Below the pieces are notes generated by a model. That model ran no database searches. It was not told the origin of the DNA and worked only from the letters and a program-made list of their open reading frames with translations. Below, piece by piece: positions 1 to 12,641 of a stretch of 64,000 nt of DNA. Each line of letters starts with the position of its first letter. Within the stretch, counting starts at the first letter, position 1. Location of the stretch: the NCBI GenBank assembly GCA_016906335.1, contig JADEYG010000004.1:992001-1056000 (forward strand). Direction: 5' to 3'. Both the position numbers and the translations under genes were made by a program. Source of the DNA: Novakomyces olei. Lineage: Eukaryota.

Positions 1-612
1 CTATAAATTAAAGCAAAAGTTTGCAATCAAATGCCATTTGGCAAGTGAAATATTACCATCCGTGCTTTTAAGAGTATCTCCATTTGAGCAGGAACCGACA
101 TGCGGTGCCCGTACGACGAACTTTGGACGGTAGCGGCCAAAATACCGTTGCAAATGTGATGCTACCACCTGATGGATCTGTGCCGGAGAAGACTTTAAAT
201 ACCCTGTTTGTCAATTAGTATTCAATCAATTCAATACAGAGAACAGAGCAAAAAGAAATAAAAATTAATAAAAAGAAATAGAAATAAAAAAAATGATAAT
301 AGAAGTACCCTTTCGTTCATAAACGCTCAACCGTTCAATCCCTGCACTAGCGCACCAACAGCTTATTTCTCCTACTTGATCAACCAGCTGTTCCGTGCCA
401 CCTTCCGTTGTGTGTTCAAGTATTACAGCCAAGTGTAGTGGCCTTCGTGGCAGTTTTGCAGTATCATTGCGAATAAGCTCTGGAGTTCGATGGTGATGAT
501 AGAGCAAAGCAGGTAGAATTTGTGTCCATAGCATAATGTATGCCTCTATACGCCACCACACGCGATATACAAAGTGGAGGGCCCATAGGATTAGCGTCGC
601 CACGAACGCCAT
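1..612 (-). CDS. NUS1: Dehydrodolichyl diphosphate synthase subunit Nus1/NgBR (cis-prenyltransferase family); runs off the window start
   Basis: N-terminal hydrophobic segment then HHRTPELIRND..LP..P.HLAVIL..GEISCWCASAGI..LSVYERKG, typical of fungal Nus1. First ATG at 612 (651 is TTG). Intron about 308-206, then coding continues. Confidence 0.85.
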
Positions 613-751
613 TGCCGTCCTGTGATATGGGCCTTTGGTTCTTTTATACAATTATCTCGAGTATCTATCAATGTTATTATGTATTATTTATGTATTATTT
701 GTTATTTGTTATTTATTCATTATTTACAAACTGCGATGTCAAGCATGCGTC

Positions 752-3700
752 ATGAGCCAAGATAAACGTGGAGTGTTCGCGCACGACTCCGTGCAGCGCT
801 ACGTAAACATTGACAGGTTTGGGGTAAGTTTAACGAGGCATTCGACATTGTATCTCATGTTCAGGACGATTTCACAGGCCGAGATTTGATAAATCTCTTA
901 TCCGCATCGCTGCGAAGAGTATCCGTGCAAGATGGCAGTAAAGCATTCTCTCCAAAACCTTATATCCGTTTATTTGAGGCTTCATTGAACCAATTACGGG
1001 AACTAAAGTCTGATGCCTTGCGCCGTTCAGAGAGACTGGCGCAAGAAGCTAATGCTGCTCGCCGAGAGCATGCTCGCAATCTAGCTTCTATTAGGCCCGA
1101 GTACACAGTACGTGACTTTTTACAATTCTTCTTACACTAGTTTTGTTGGTTTTTCGTCTACGCTATACACTTTGTTTTATTTTATTTCATCTTCAATCCA
1201 ACGCATCTTTTTATTCTAACTTCTAATCATTTTTATAATTTTATTTATTATTAGTTCCATTTGCCAGCTTTTCATTTACACGCCTTCTAACTTCAAGAAC
1301 TTGCTATCTACTTTTGACTCTGTGGAGACAAATACTACAACGTCTAGTCGTACTGCAATGCAAATTGGGAAACAGCTTGGAGAAATCGACTTGCGACGGC
1401 AAAAAGCTTTAGAAGCAAAGTTTTTGTTTCAATGCTACATCGATTTCTGTAATGGGTCGAGTGAGAGGCTGGAAGACTTGAGGCTCAAGGAGACAGAAGC
1501 GTCATTAAAAAAGTGTGCTCACACAACACGTAACCTTGTTGTTCTCGCCAAAGACATAAGCTCTCCAAGGTCGGAAAAGGCGCGTAATGCTATTGAAAAG
1601 TACTCTGAATTCCTCGAGCAGTACTTGCTGGACCAATTTGAAGTTCAATATCGCAAACCAAATATTGCAAAAATGAGTGTAGGCTGTGCTTTATATTTTT
1701 CTTTTTTTGGTATGCAGATGATACTGACATTAAAGCTATACGCTGGAATACTCTACGAATTCGATGGGGCCAATCGCGTGATGGCCCAATTTTTAAATCA
1801 ACAAGACTTCTTCATCCTACAAGACAATTTGCAAGCCGATTCAGGGCTATCTGATTCTTTGGCTCAGCGGTTGTCTGATCCGGACGAGAACGTTCAAGAT
1901 ATTGTTATTCCAATAATGGGACTGGTAGACCGGGTCAAAAAGACTATGGACGATGAGACGCCGATCATTATTAAAGTGTTTCCAAATGCTGTTGAAGTCT
2001 TGCGAGTTTTTATACAACGTATATTCGCACAGAGTGTAGGATCGATTGCTTACTGCGAGAACAAATTGCTTACTATTTTAGATACAATTGCAGTTAGAGG
2101 CATTATTTAATGATTCAGAAAAGGCTTCGGCTCTCTGCTTTCTCCGAATTTTGCAAGTCTGCCATTCTGCTCTGACCGGCTTGGTCAGCGAGTTAAAAGT
2201 TCTTTTTGAGAATCAATTGACAAAAGTCGGATACGAAGCGGGTACAGTGCTGACTACATTGGAGCAAAGTCTGGAAGATCTGTTTATTCCGTACCTCGAA
2301 AATTCTGTATACATTGACCGGGAAAAGAGATCGCTTCAAGATTTGTTTTCATCTTTTCTCTATAAGTTTGCTGCCTATCATGTACGACATCTGTTTGCAT
2401 TTGTTTCTTTTTTTCTTTTTTTCCTCGTTTATGTTTTCAATCGTATTAATGTTGGTTTAGTCACATCGGAGATCTGCAAAACAGGTCGGTATTTTGGATC
2501 GTGTGATGAAACAATTTGGCAGCAAAGCATCACAGTCTCCAACAGCAGAAGACGATGGCCAAAGGGCTAAAAGTCTGATAAAATTAGCTGGCATTGAACG
2601 CGGTGCTCGAGCAAGGACGTCTCAATCTAACATTAATGGAGACAATAGTATTGATATTTCTAAAGATGATGGAAATATCTCTATATTATCCGCAAAGCGT
2701 ATGCTTAATTGGCACGCTGAGTCATTAGGAAGAGCAGTTGAACTTTGTTTAGGGGATTCGTACGTGATTAATCTGGCCATTTCTTGTCTATTTTCTCTTT
2801 AAGTTTTGTTTATGCTATTTTATTCTTTTTCATTTTAATTTAATTTCGTTTCATTTCAATTGACTGACTTCATTTGGTTTAATTAACTTACATCGTTCAT
2901 ATTATTTCAATTTATTCAGCAACTCTGTTCCTTGCTCATTCTAACTCAACCAGCCCGGAAGCGACTAAAGAACTCATGCAAGTGCTATTAGAGTTTTTGA
3001 TCAACGGATATATCGAGATCTCGTTGGAAGAGTAAGCTATCTGTCGGCGGAATAATACTGAAGATCTAGTTGTTTAGAGACAGTCGCCTCCTGTGATTCC
3101 CGTGCGGAGCCGGATTTAAGGGTGCTTGAGAGTCTACTGCCCGCAAGTGCAATTCTAAGTTTTGTTTCTACTTACATTCATCAAACATTACTACTTGTGG
3201 CATCAACGTCGCTGTCAGTCCGAAGAGAAATGCTGTCTCAGCTCAATTCGACCGTATTTCGTTGCGAGCGAAAAATTAATTCAATTCTTGTGAAAGCTCA
3301 AGAAGGTATCCCATTGCTATTTATTATAACTAACTCCTTACTTTCTGTGCCTGCTTGTATGATGTTTCGTGGCTATAATTGTTTCAATTTTCCGCCGACC
3401 ATTACATTGTTTTGTCAATTTCTAATCTCCAGTCTCTATCGCATACACAGCGTCCTGTTTATTGAAACAGCGCAAAACAGATTTTCGTGCCGTTGACGAC
3501 GAGTCCGTCAACAAGATGCAGACAGCGGTATGGCTTTGTATTATTCCACAGTCTAATAATTAGCCTTGCGAACGAATTACAGCCTTTATGGATCATCTAC
3601 TAAAGGCCGCTACATCGGCTCTCAATGGCCAGAATTTAACAAGTTTCTTGATGGAAATCGGGATTGGCATCCATAACCAGCTGATGGACCATTTCAAAAA

Positions 3701-4401
3701 GTTCCCTGTCAGTCAAGCAGGAGCTCTGATTATGAACAAGTACATTATATTTAAAATTCAATCCCTAACTTTTATAGGGACTTGGCGCATTATCAGCAAG
3801 CGGCTCAGAGATGGAACTTGGAAGCCCTTAGCTTTAGATTCGATGTCCTGCGGCAGATTGGAAATTTGTTTACCGTCCCGTAAGAATTGAAAAGAGCATA
3901 TTCTTTTGCTAATACTAGATCGTCCGCATTACGAGCATTGTTGCAAGAGGGAGCGTTAAGCAAGATTTCACGTACTCATATTAATCAGTATTTGTCCCGA
4001 CGCGACGATTATTCAAGTTCGCACATGTTGAAAATGGTATGATTGCTGACTTTACGATTTATCACAATCAGTCTTATCCGCATCGTTGCTCTAACCTTTA
4101 TTTATTTCATTTTATCTCAAATTTATTTATTTTAGTTTTATTTATGTTATATTATTACAATTAGTTCCCATTTTTTTTTTCAAAAATTTCCTCTCTGTTT
4201 CTTTGGAAGCCTTATTGCACGCATCCAAATTGTATTAAATATTTACATGTCTGTACCATTCACCGCCCTGTTTCTAACCGACAAAAGTTGTACGGGCAAG
4301 ACGCTGAACTTGATCGGTCAAACCAATTTGAAAGAACTGTAACAAGCGCAAATTCGAGCACGCGGCCGAGTATGGAACACGCGTATACAAACGCGTTGTA
4401 G
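752..4401 (+). CDS. SEC10: Exocyst complex component Sec10 (EXOC5), about 12 exons
   Basis: Spliced ORFs contain FSPKPYIRLFEASL, IGKQLGEID, DLFIPYLE..YIDREKRSL, KQRKTDFR and LNGQNL..FLMEIG..HFKKFPVSQAGAL. Probable last intron 4037-4287 and final exon 4288-4401. An unspliced stop at 4042 is the alternative end. Confidence 0.88.
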
Positions 4402-4404
4402 CAG

Positions 4405-5304
4405 CTATCGAGAAGAGCTGCTCCTTAAAGCAGCCAAAGTCTCTTCTAGATTCTTTCCTGGTTTGGCAAATGATTGCTGCTGCTTTTGTTTCTGCTGGAC
4501 AATACGGACTACTCTTTCTCGGAACTCTTGATTTGTCTGTAATTTGGCCAGTAGAGCTGCCATATTACCCTGAAAGTTGTCCAATTCTCGAGTCATTGGC
4601 GTATCACGACCAAGAAATTGAGCTTGCAGAGCTTTTGGGGTATCCAGAAACCGAGTGCTCTGTAACAGTTTGGTTCTAATTGCCAAATCGACCGGCGTGT
4701 ATTCTCGTGCGGCCAAAAGCGTTTTTAATTCAGCTAATAAATCTTGGTACCTGAGCAATTAGCGTCTCTTCATATCTTTATTGCCTGCCTTTCTCGATCT
4801 TCAGAGGCCGATTCATTGTCTCCGTACCATTGCGATGGCAGTGACTCGATGCTCCTGAACGATTAACACAATATCTGTTATAAAATGTATCATAGACGCG
4901 TAATAGCGAAACCGGCTCTTCATATTCGTGCGCTTTTCGTGTATCTAGTGCCATTCACTTACTCTCTGCTCGTGAAATCAACAAGTCCATGATAAAACTG
5001 GCTCGATTGCTGCCGAACGTAGTCTTCTCTGTCGCGATACGACTGCTCTACTTGTCGCGCCACGTGCAGACAGGCTTGATTGCTATTAGAAGCGCGAACA
5101 TGCTTCATTATCGCCGTGTCCACTGATAATTAGTAAATAAACATGGGTTTTGTTCTCACTCTTGGACAGTGCATTAGCGACTTCTGCTCGGCCCAATTGC
5201 TCCCGACACTCTTCCAAATACCGATCTGAAGGTCGCAATTTTTTGGTCAGAAAGGCTATTTGAGCTCGAATAAAATCCCTTTTCTGCGTAAAAACGTCAA
5301 TCAT
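4405..5304 (-). CDS. fta4: Kinetochore Sim4-complex subunit Fta4-like protein
   Basis: Spliced product has K.DFIRAQIAFLTKKLRPS, HVARQVEQSY, IESLPSQW, YQDLLAELK and QFLGRDTPMTREL, matching the recalled Fta4 family pattern. Introns 5159-5123, 4962-4855 and 4788 (or 4827)-4751. Confidence 0.62.
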
Positions 5305-5637
5305 AGCGACGGCAGTCCGTCGACGACGCGGCGACGCGTCGATAACGTATTATATTATATTATATTATTATATTATTTTTGTTTGGATATAGTTCGTCTA
5401 GCCATAGCAATAGTAAGCCAGAATAAATTAGGGTTAGGATTAGTTATATAATCCTGACACTAACTGTTATAAATGCTGGCAGAAATAATCTTTAATATAT
5501 CTTTTCACAAAACAAAGAAGCAATCTACTCAATAATTTTTTAATTTGAAACATAGAACTGTGATGCAGAAAATGCTCAATTAAACGTCGCACAAATCTAT
5601 GTATATTCATATCCTCTATAGTCATGCAAGTCCCGAC

Positions 5638-6579
5638 TCACTTTGGCTTCCCCGATTGGACGAGCAATCGCAGCTCGGCAATAAGCCCAATATTCTCATC
5701 ATTAACAAGCTCAGCGTTTCTGCATCTCGCGTTCAGAGCGTCCATTGCTGCCTTGTATCCATTGGAAGCTTCATTTAAACCGGAAAATTTCGTTTCCAAA
5801 GCTCTAGTCTTTTCTCCCTCGAGTAATAAAGCATCAGAGGTTTTGCGGACAATACTTAGCTTGTTCTCGGCTAGTTGCTGCAAACGTGCTTCCATGGCCT
5901 CTAGTTTTTCTCCATATTCTCTTTTCATAGTTGCCAACTCTTTTTCCAGCACAGAATTCTGTGCGTGAGCTTGCTCCAGCTGCGAATTGACCTGGTCCGA
6001 GAGCCTTTCTAAATTGTGGACTCTTTCGTCCCTTTGTAGGACAACACTCTCCAGCTCCTTGATTTTTTGTGTTTTTTCCAGCGCGATATTCTTTAAATCG
6101 CCACTCTCCACTCCGGCATCGCGCAGTAATCTTTCGCGATTGGCCAAAATACCATTGAGGCTTTTGATTTCCGTCCGCAGGCGCGATTCACTACGCGTCA
6201 CGTCGTCATAACGCGCTTGAAGCGCGTTACGCGCGGCGCGTTGATTGGTAATCAGTGACTCTTGTATTTCGCATTTGCTATTGAGGACATTTATTTCGCT
6301 GCGAAGCACATCAATCATTCGTCCCGTTGAGCCCGACTTTGTAGGTGTGCCCTGTGGCGATTGAGATTTTGAGGAATTTTTTCCATATTTTTCCCACTGT
6401 GAAAGTTCTTCCGTCTGACTGGCTACAGCTGGTTAGCACTCTTCCACGATATTTATTCATCGTATTCCATTCTTCCACAGCCTGCTTTTATTCTAGCTAT
6501 AAACTAGTTGACTTTTTTTTATACCAATTTCCGCTCGCAGTGTCTCTAGTTGGTGCTGTAACGACGACTCTGATGTCAT
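5638..6579 (-). CDS. She3-like coiled-coil protein (putative myosin V adaptor)
   Basis: Exon 1 MTSESSLQHQLETLRAEI, intron ending GCTAACCAG, then KSGSTGRMIDVLRSEINVL...EIKSLNGILANRERLLRD, resembling the She3 N-terminal coiled coil. The extreme 3' end may be spliced (GTGAGT at the stop). Confidence 0.55.
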
Positions 6580-7112
6580 TATCTGCCGCCTAAAGAACAC
6601 TCTTCTGCAACGGACCCATATGGCCCCAACACTTGGTTGCGCTACACAAAGAATAATGGCAAATTATAGGATTAATTAGATTATTATCTACAAATAAATA
6701 AGCAGTTTATTTTTATTATATTGTATCAATCTAAAATCGAATTAAACAAGAATGAGAGAATAAATTTATTATTATTAGATTGGATTAATTTTAATTGTTT
6801 GGACCATACATTATTTGGACCTTATATATCATTACAGAGCACGTGAACGTGGACGTATGACTTTCGAGCTTTTAGTATTAGACTATGCTGAGATCGAGTA
6901 GAATCTATGCCTCAAAGAGGTCTGACAGTAATAGTTCAGTCTGAAGGTTAGTTTGGGTTGTAACACATCTCGCATTGCTTTTAAATTGGCTATAAAGACA
7001 CACGCCGTCTAGATATGATTTGCGTATTTATATTGTTAAACAACATGCAACCGTAAAACAAATCGTTGATCGATCACGTTTGCTCTGTATATCAATTAAT
7101 GTCCTTTTATTA

Positions 7113-9674
7113 TCACGAATCAGTTTGCTCCAGCTTCTCTTCTGTCTGTGTCCCTGGCGCATCATTTGCGTTTTCCTGTTTAACTGGAGAATTTTCAACG
7201 ACAGAGTCTTCCTGCTTTACATTGCCGTTCTCCAAAATATGGGGTCGCCACCTTTTGAGCAGCTTTTCATTAGTGCTCAAGATGTCCGTGTCTTTTCAAA
7301 ACAATTAGTAACTTTGAGACTTTAAAGCACTTACGTCCTTCTTTGTAAAGAGTTTCAATCAGATCTAAACAGTATTCGGCCGCCGGTGGTCTTAATGAAA
7401 TCAAGTATCTAAGCCGTTAATATGATGAACGCAGCATCCGTTAAAAAAGAATTGAGACAAGACGTAAATAAACGCAACAGAGCACGCACGAAAAGTTTTT
7501 TGAAAATTCTTGAAAATGAGTACAAAAATATTATTCAAAAACCAAAATAGAAAAAAATCCGAATGAACTGAACGTACTGTAAAACAAGGTAACCCAAGCG
7601 TGACTTGTCAGGGTCAAGACACAGCTTCCGGAGTTTGTCGACAATTTGAGGAGACAATTCTGGTAATTCAGAAAAAAAAACAATAATGTATCGGTCTTTA
7701 GCTTCTAAAAAAGGTATCACGGCATCCAGCAATTTAGATGCCCAAACATCATACTGCCTCTCGAGCTCGATGCCGGCAAGTTCTTCATTTGCGCTGTATT
7801 TATTCGCCAGCAAATGATCATTGTACCATTCCTCTGTGAGCCAAGAGAGAGCAAGATCCAGCCGGTCTTTAAATCGATCAACTACATGGTCAAATATCCG
7901 CTGACGAACAAACTGAGCCAGTTGATAAGCAATAGAGGAGTCGCCATCAGAATCAAAGGGCTGTTGTCCGCCGGGAAAGCCTCGAGTGGGCAGTCTACAT
8001 ATTAAATTCATCCAGCGCTCGCGATTCCATTCACCAAGCCCTAGGCCTTGCAGGGCAGAGGTCATATTGAAACTTGCCTTTTTATCCTTGGGCTCTTGTG
8101 TAAAAAGCCGTTCTAGCGAAGCATTCAACTGGCTCGCAATTGCCACTCCGTCCATACTCTCGGGCTCAGGCAGAGTAAAAGCTGCTAAATTAGCCAAATC
8201 GTGCCCAACTTGGTTCTGCACAGTTTCATTTATCAGATCCACATTAACATCGGGCGGCTCGTAATCATCGTCCTCATCAATATCCGCCCAAGGGGCAATC
8301 ATGTCCTCGTCAACATCAATTTTAGGAGCAACAAGATCAGCGTCCGAAAGCGTTTCGGGAGAGCCATTTTCACTACGCTTCAAGAGGCCGTGTAGACTTT
8401 CATTAGAGACTGTTCCATTGCCATTGACTGCTCCCTGGTTTTGCGTGGTATTCAACAAGGTTTGGTACTTTTCCCGTACAATTTCACAGCAGCGAGAAAG
8501 CTCAGCGGTCTCAATATGCTGCATTAGAATGAGTACTATCTGTGACACAGTAGCAGTGGGCAATTGGGTAACATCGAAGGAGGCCAGTGCATTGGCCTCG
8601 TTAGATACTCGCCATACATCTAAGACTTGGGAATTATCTAGCGGCCTTGACAGTTGTACCAGCGGTTCTTTGACTGTCCCAAAGGCTGGAGGCGGAGAGG
8701 CAGGGCCCGCCTTTTTCCGATTCAATTCATCAACCATGCTCTCCCGAGTCCATGTAGGAAGGGCCGACATGTACTGATGAACTCTGTTGGTCAAGGGGCC
8801 CGCGATATTGTACCGCAGCACGTGGTTTAACCCAATTTTTATAGTTTTTATTAGACAACGTGCTTCGAAATCCGTTCGGAAACGGCTACGATCGAGGCAG
8901 CGGGTATCAATGCTGATTATAGAATTCACAATTTTTTGTGCAGTGCCAGGCCGTAACTTTGCGACAAGTATTGCACAGTTTATCACCGCCAGTACGGAAT
9001 CGGTGAAGGGTGTTTCATGAAGGATACATAGTAATCGGTCCAGCAGTCCCATTGCTTCTGCCTCCAACAGGGATATTTGTAAAAACGGATGGTTTGAGGG
9101 GACAGTAGAGAGGGATACGTCTGCCTCGTTGTGCAAATCGCCCATTCGTCTGGGATCCTTTACCGGAAGTGTTTGGGACAGTACGATTCGCTGTGCAAAT
9201 TTAATGCAGGCAAGTTTACAAGCCGGGCTGGAGTCCTCCCAAACGCGCAGCAAAACGCTTTTTAATCTAACCATTTTGGTCCACGTTTCTTGATCCGTAA
9301 AATCGTCCACTCTAGCAACCGCTGTTAGCCTTGAATGGGATCGAATAATCTCAATTCCAAACTTACACCTGATACAAAACCAGAGGATAAATCGAGGCAC
9401 AAACCTGTGCTACCGCGCTCAAGATGCCTTGCTCAGGCGGTAAAGTAAGAGCCTCTAACGCGTCCAACGACTCAATTGCCATATCGATTTTGCTTGCAGT
9501 ATCAATCGCACTGCTCGAGAACGCCTGCGCTAAAAAGTCAGCCAGCCATTGCCGCAACGGCGTTTCATGCCGCTGCGCGACAGGCAAAACCCCTCGAACA
9601 ATTTGCGGATAAAGAGAGGCATCCTGTTGCACGACGATGCGGGCCTGTTCTAATTGCGCAAGCTGTTCCTCCAT
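7113..9674 (-). CDS. PTA1: Cleavage and polyadenylation factor subunit Pta1/symplekin
   Basis: LAQLEQAR..V.QD..LYPQIV.GVLP, LEAEAMGLLDRLL and LALSWLTEEWYND motifs. Four exons; last exon ends ...EQTDS* at 7113. Confidence 0.9.
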
Positions 9675-9900
9675 CAGTTCATGCTGGTAATGCTCCTAGT
9701 AAATGTAAATAATTATAATAAATTCATATTATTTATTTTTAATAATAATATAATAATTTTAATAATTTTAATTTTAATTATTATTTTAATTATAATTATT
9801 ATTTCTATGGCTTTATTCAACATATATCTATTTTCCCTTTTATTTATTTATTGTAGATCGTACAATATATCCATCACATGCGCAAGTCTATACTACAGCC

Positions 9901-11265
9901 ATGCTTGGTGGCCTTGGCCGTTTTCTCAGCGACAGTGCCGAAAAACTAAGGCAAAATGCTGCTGGATTCACTCACCCTGAAACAGGGTTCCGCGTCATGA
10001 AATTGACGTCTGGTGCGACGGCAGAATCGGCTGGTCTTGAAGAGTTTTATGACTTTATCATTGACGTCGATGGTCAGCGCTTTGTATGAGCTTGAATCTA
10101 ATCATACGCTAACCAGACAGGCTCAGAACGGAGTTTTGAACGGCAAGCTACTTCAAGAATACGTGCTCAATTCGTCTCAGGAACTGGTCTTTAACGTGTT
10201 CTCCATCAAAGGCCAAACTACTCGGCAAGTCTACGTACACCCTTTGCCAAACGCGCAAAGTGAGTCTATTTTCTTGTGTTTGATTCCGCTTGCGTACGTT
10301 GGCCGTTCTAACGATAGGTAATATGGGGATGGTACTGCAGCCGTGCCGAATTGCACCGGCATTAGAGACCGTTTGGCATATTCTGGAAGTCGCCAGTAAC
10401 AGCCCTGCCGAGCTGGCTAGCTTGAAGGAATTCGAAGATTATATTGTAGCCTCACCGGCGGGACGAATGCTTCGCGAATCTTCGTTAGGCGAGCTGATCT
10501 CTAGCGTATGAATACAATTAGCATCTAGTTTGTTTTTTGTACTTATTTATTTTTTATTTTTTACTTTTTATTTTTTATTTTTTTTCGTTTGACTGTACAT
10601 TTATTTGCCTACTTTTCATTACGTATTTTCTTTTTAACCCGGGCACATTTCTCCAACTCTTTGAAGCAAATCTCACAAAACTTTAGCATTTGGGACGGCC
10701 TTTACCCCTATATGTCTACAACCACTATAGCAATAGCACTCGACTGATAAAAATCGTGCCAGATCCCGAATGGGGCGGCGAGGGCTCGCTGGGTTGTGGT
10801 GTGGGCTTTGGGGCCCTGCACCATATTCCAGCTCCTTTCAAGGAAGGAAGGCCAGCCCAGCCTGGCGAAAATATATTTTCTGCGAGTAAAGCAGCCTCCT
10901 TCGAAAGTACTGAACAGTTGTTTGTTCCAGCCGAGAGCGCAGAGGCAATTGCACCAAGAAAAACATCAAGAAAAGCTCGTCAGCATCATGCAGCCACTGA
11001 AGAAATCACTAGGCTAATGCAGGAAGAAGAGGCTAAGAGTTTACGTGAGGATATCCATGTGAATAAAGCACAGTCTCACAGTCCACCAGTATCATCCCCG
11101 CCTTTACAAAAACCGAATGAGGAAAGGAGGCCTGATCAAGGTGTACTGGATCAGCAAAGGCAGCATGAAGAGCAGCAATCAGATCAAAAGCAATCGGAGC
11201 AAATAGACAAGACAGAGGGTGAAGAGACTAAATCTGGCGACCCTAACACTGAACGTGAGACTTGA
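9901..11265 (+). CDS. GRH1: Golgi reassembly-stacking protein Grh1 (GRASP55/65 family)
   Basis: GFRVMK..AGLEEFYDFII, VWHILEVASNSPAELASL..DYIV and WGGEGSLGCGVGFGALHHIP PDZ-like GRASP motifs. Three introns. Confidence 0.92.
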
Positions 11266-11576
11266 AATTATATTGAATTATCCTCCTTGGATAGGTAGTA
11301 GCGATATAGTATTGCATAACAAGCCGCCGTGCAAGCACGACAGTTGTTATACTGTATTTCCCTTTTGTTTCTTAATTATAATGCAACCAATATATAGAAT
11401 AACACCAATTTGTAGTAATAACAGCGAGAAATACCTTATAATAATGCCAATGCTAAAATACAAAGAAATAAAAAAAAAAAATTAAAGTATAAATTAGAAT
11501 AATTCAACAAAAATATTAACATACTAACTATCGGCTCTCGGCGTATAAATATATTCAGTCAATTGTGGGGAACAGG

Positions 11577-12464
11577 ATGGACGCGGTGGAAAGTTTCATA
11601 CAAGACAGTCGGCATCACGATGCGCTGTCTGTCCTTAAAGGGTTTCGAAATGGTTTGTTTTTTACACATTTCAATTAGATCCGTCCTCTAACCGAATGGA
11701 ATAGGGGTGGTTTGTGGGGCTAAAGTGCGGTTTCCACATGCCCTGGTCATGACGCTGCTGCTTAAAAAGGTAAACCTTTTAATTGAGTGTTGCCGGCCTA
11801 ACTAGCAGGGACCGTAAGGTTTATTGTTTATTCTTCTCACTGTAGTCTGCGGCCCAGACTATACAATGTTCTGCGCATGACAAAGAGCCATTCGCTACGA
11901 CTCGGACTGTTTGTTGCACTTTACAAGTCAATTCTTATACTCCTGCAGCGGGGAGCTCGGCGCCATACTATGCTGGCTATTGATCCTTTTGTGGCAGGGT
12001 TTGTTGGCGGAGGTCTGGCCTTTGGCAATTCGAGCGACGTCGTTTCCCAGCAAGTGAGTCTTGACAAAATTGGGGTCATTCTGCGCCGTCCAATATATAT
12101 TGTATAATTTAAATTAAAACAAATGCAATAATTGTACAATTGCTTTTGTTGTTTTAATGCGTTTTAGTGCTGCTGCCAAAGCCTTTGGATTAACACACAG
12201 ATTTGCCTTTACGTTTTCTCCCGAGTCGTGTACGGGGTGGCAGAAAGTGCAGCAGACGCAATGGGTAGAACAGGGACGCAATTTGAGCAATTAAGAAAAT
12301 ACGGCTGGACTCTGTTTGCCGCGCTTATCTGGGGCTCTGTAATGCTTCAATTTGAGTATGACCAGCCTCATATTCACGGCAGTATGCAGAGCTCTATGAT
12401 CTATTTATACCGAAAAAGCAGCCGATGGCGTTCATTTAAAACGCTGATTTGGCACAATGAATAG
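11577..12464 (+). CDS. PXMP4: Peroxisomal membrane protein 4 (PXMP4/Pmp4, Tim17 family)
   Basis: Spliced product LSVLKGFRNGVVCGAKVRFPHALVMTLL..., FVAGFVGG, QQICLYVFSRV, SMQSSMIYLY..S.RW.SFKTLIWHN. Includes a 5-nt exon at 11809-11813. Confidence 0.9.
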
Positions 12465-12641
12465 TCTATCGTGTATACTTATTGTTGTTTAATTTAATTG
12501 CTAAAGGGGCCACTTGTAAGAATCAAACTAATACTGTTAATAAACAAAGATATTCTCTCGTGTGTGTGCGGAAAACAGTAGCTGGATACTGGTTGAACAA
12601 AAGAGCAAAAAGCCATAATATCGTTTATGAATGATTATATT

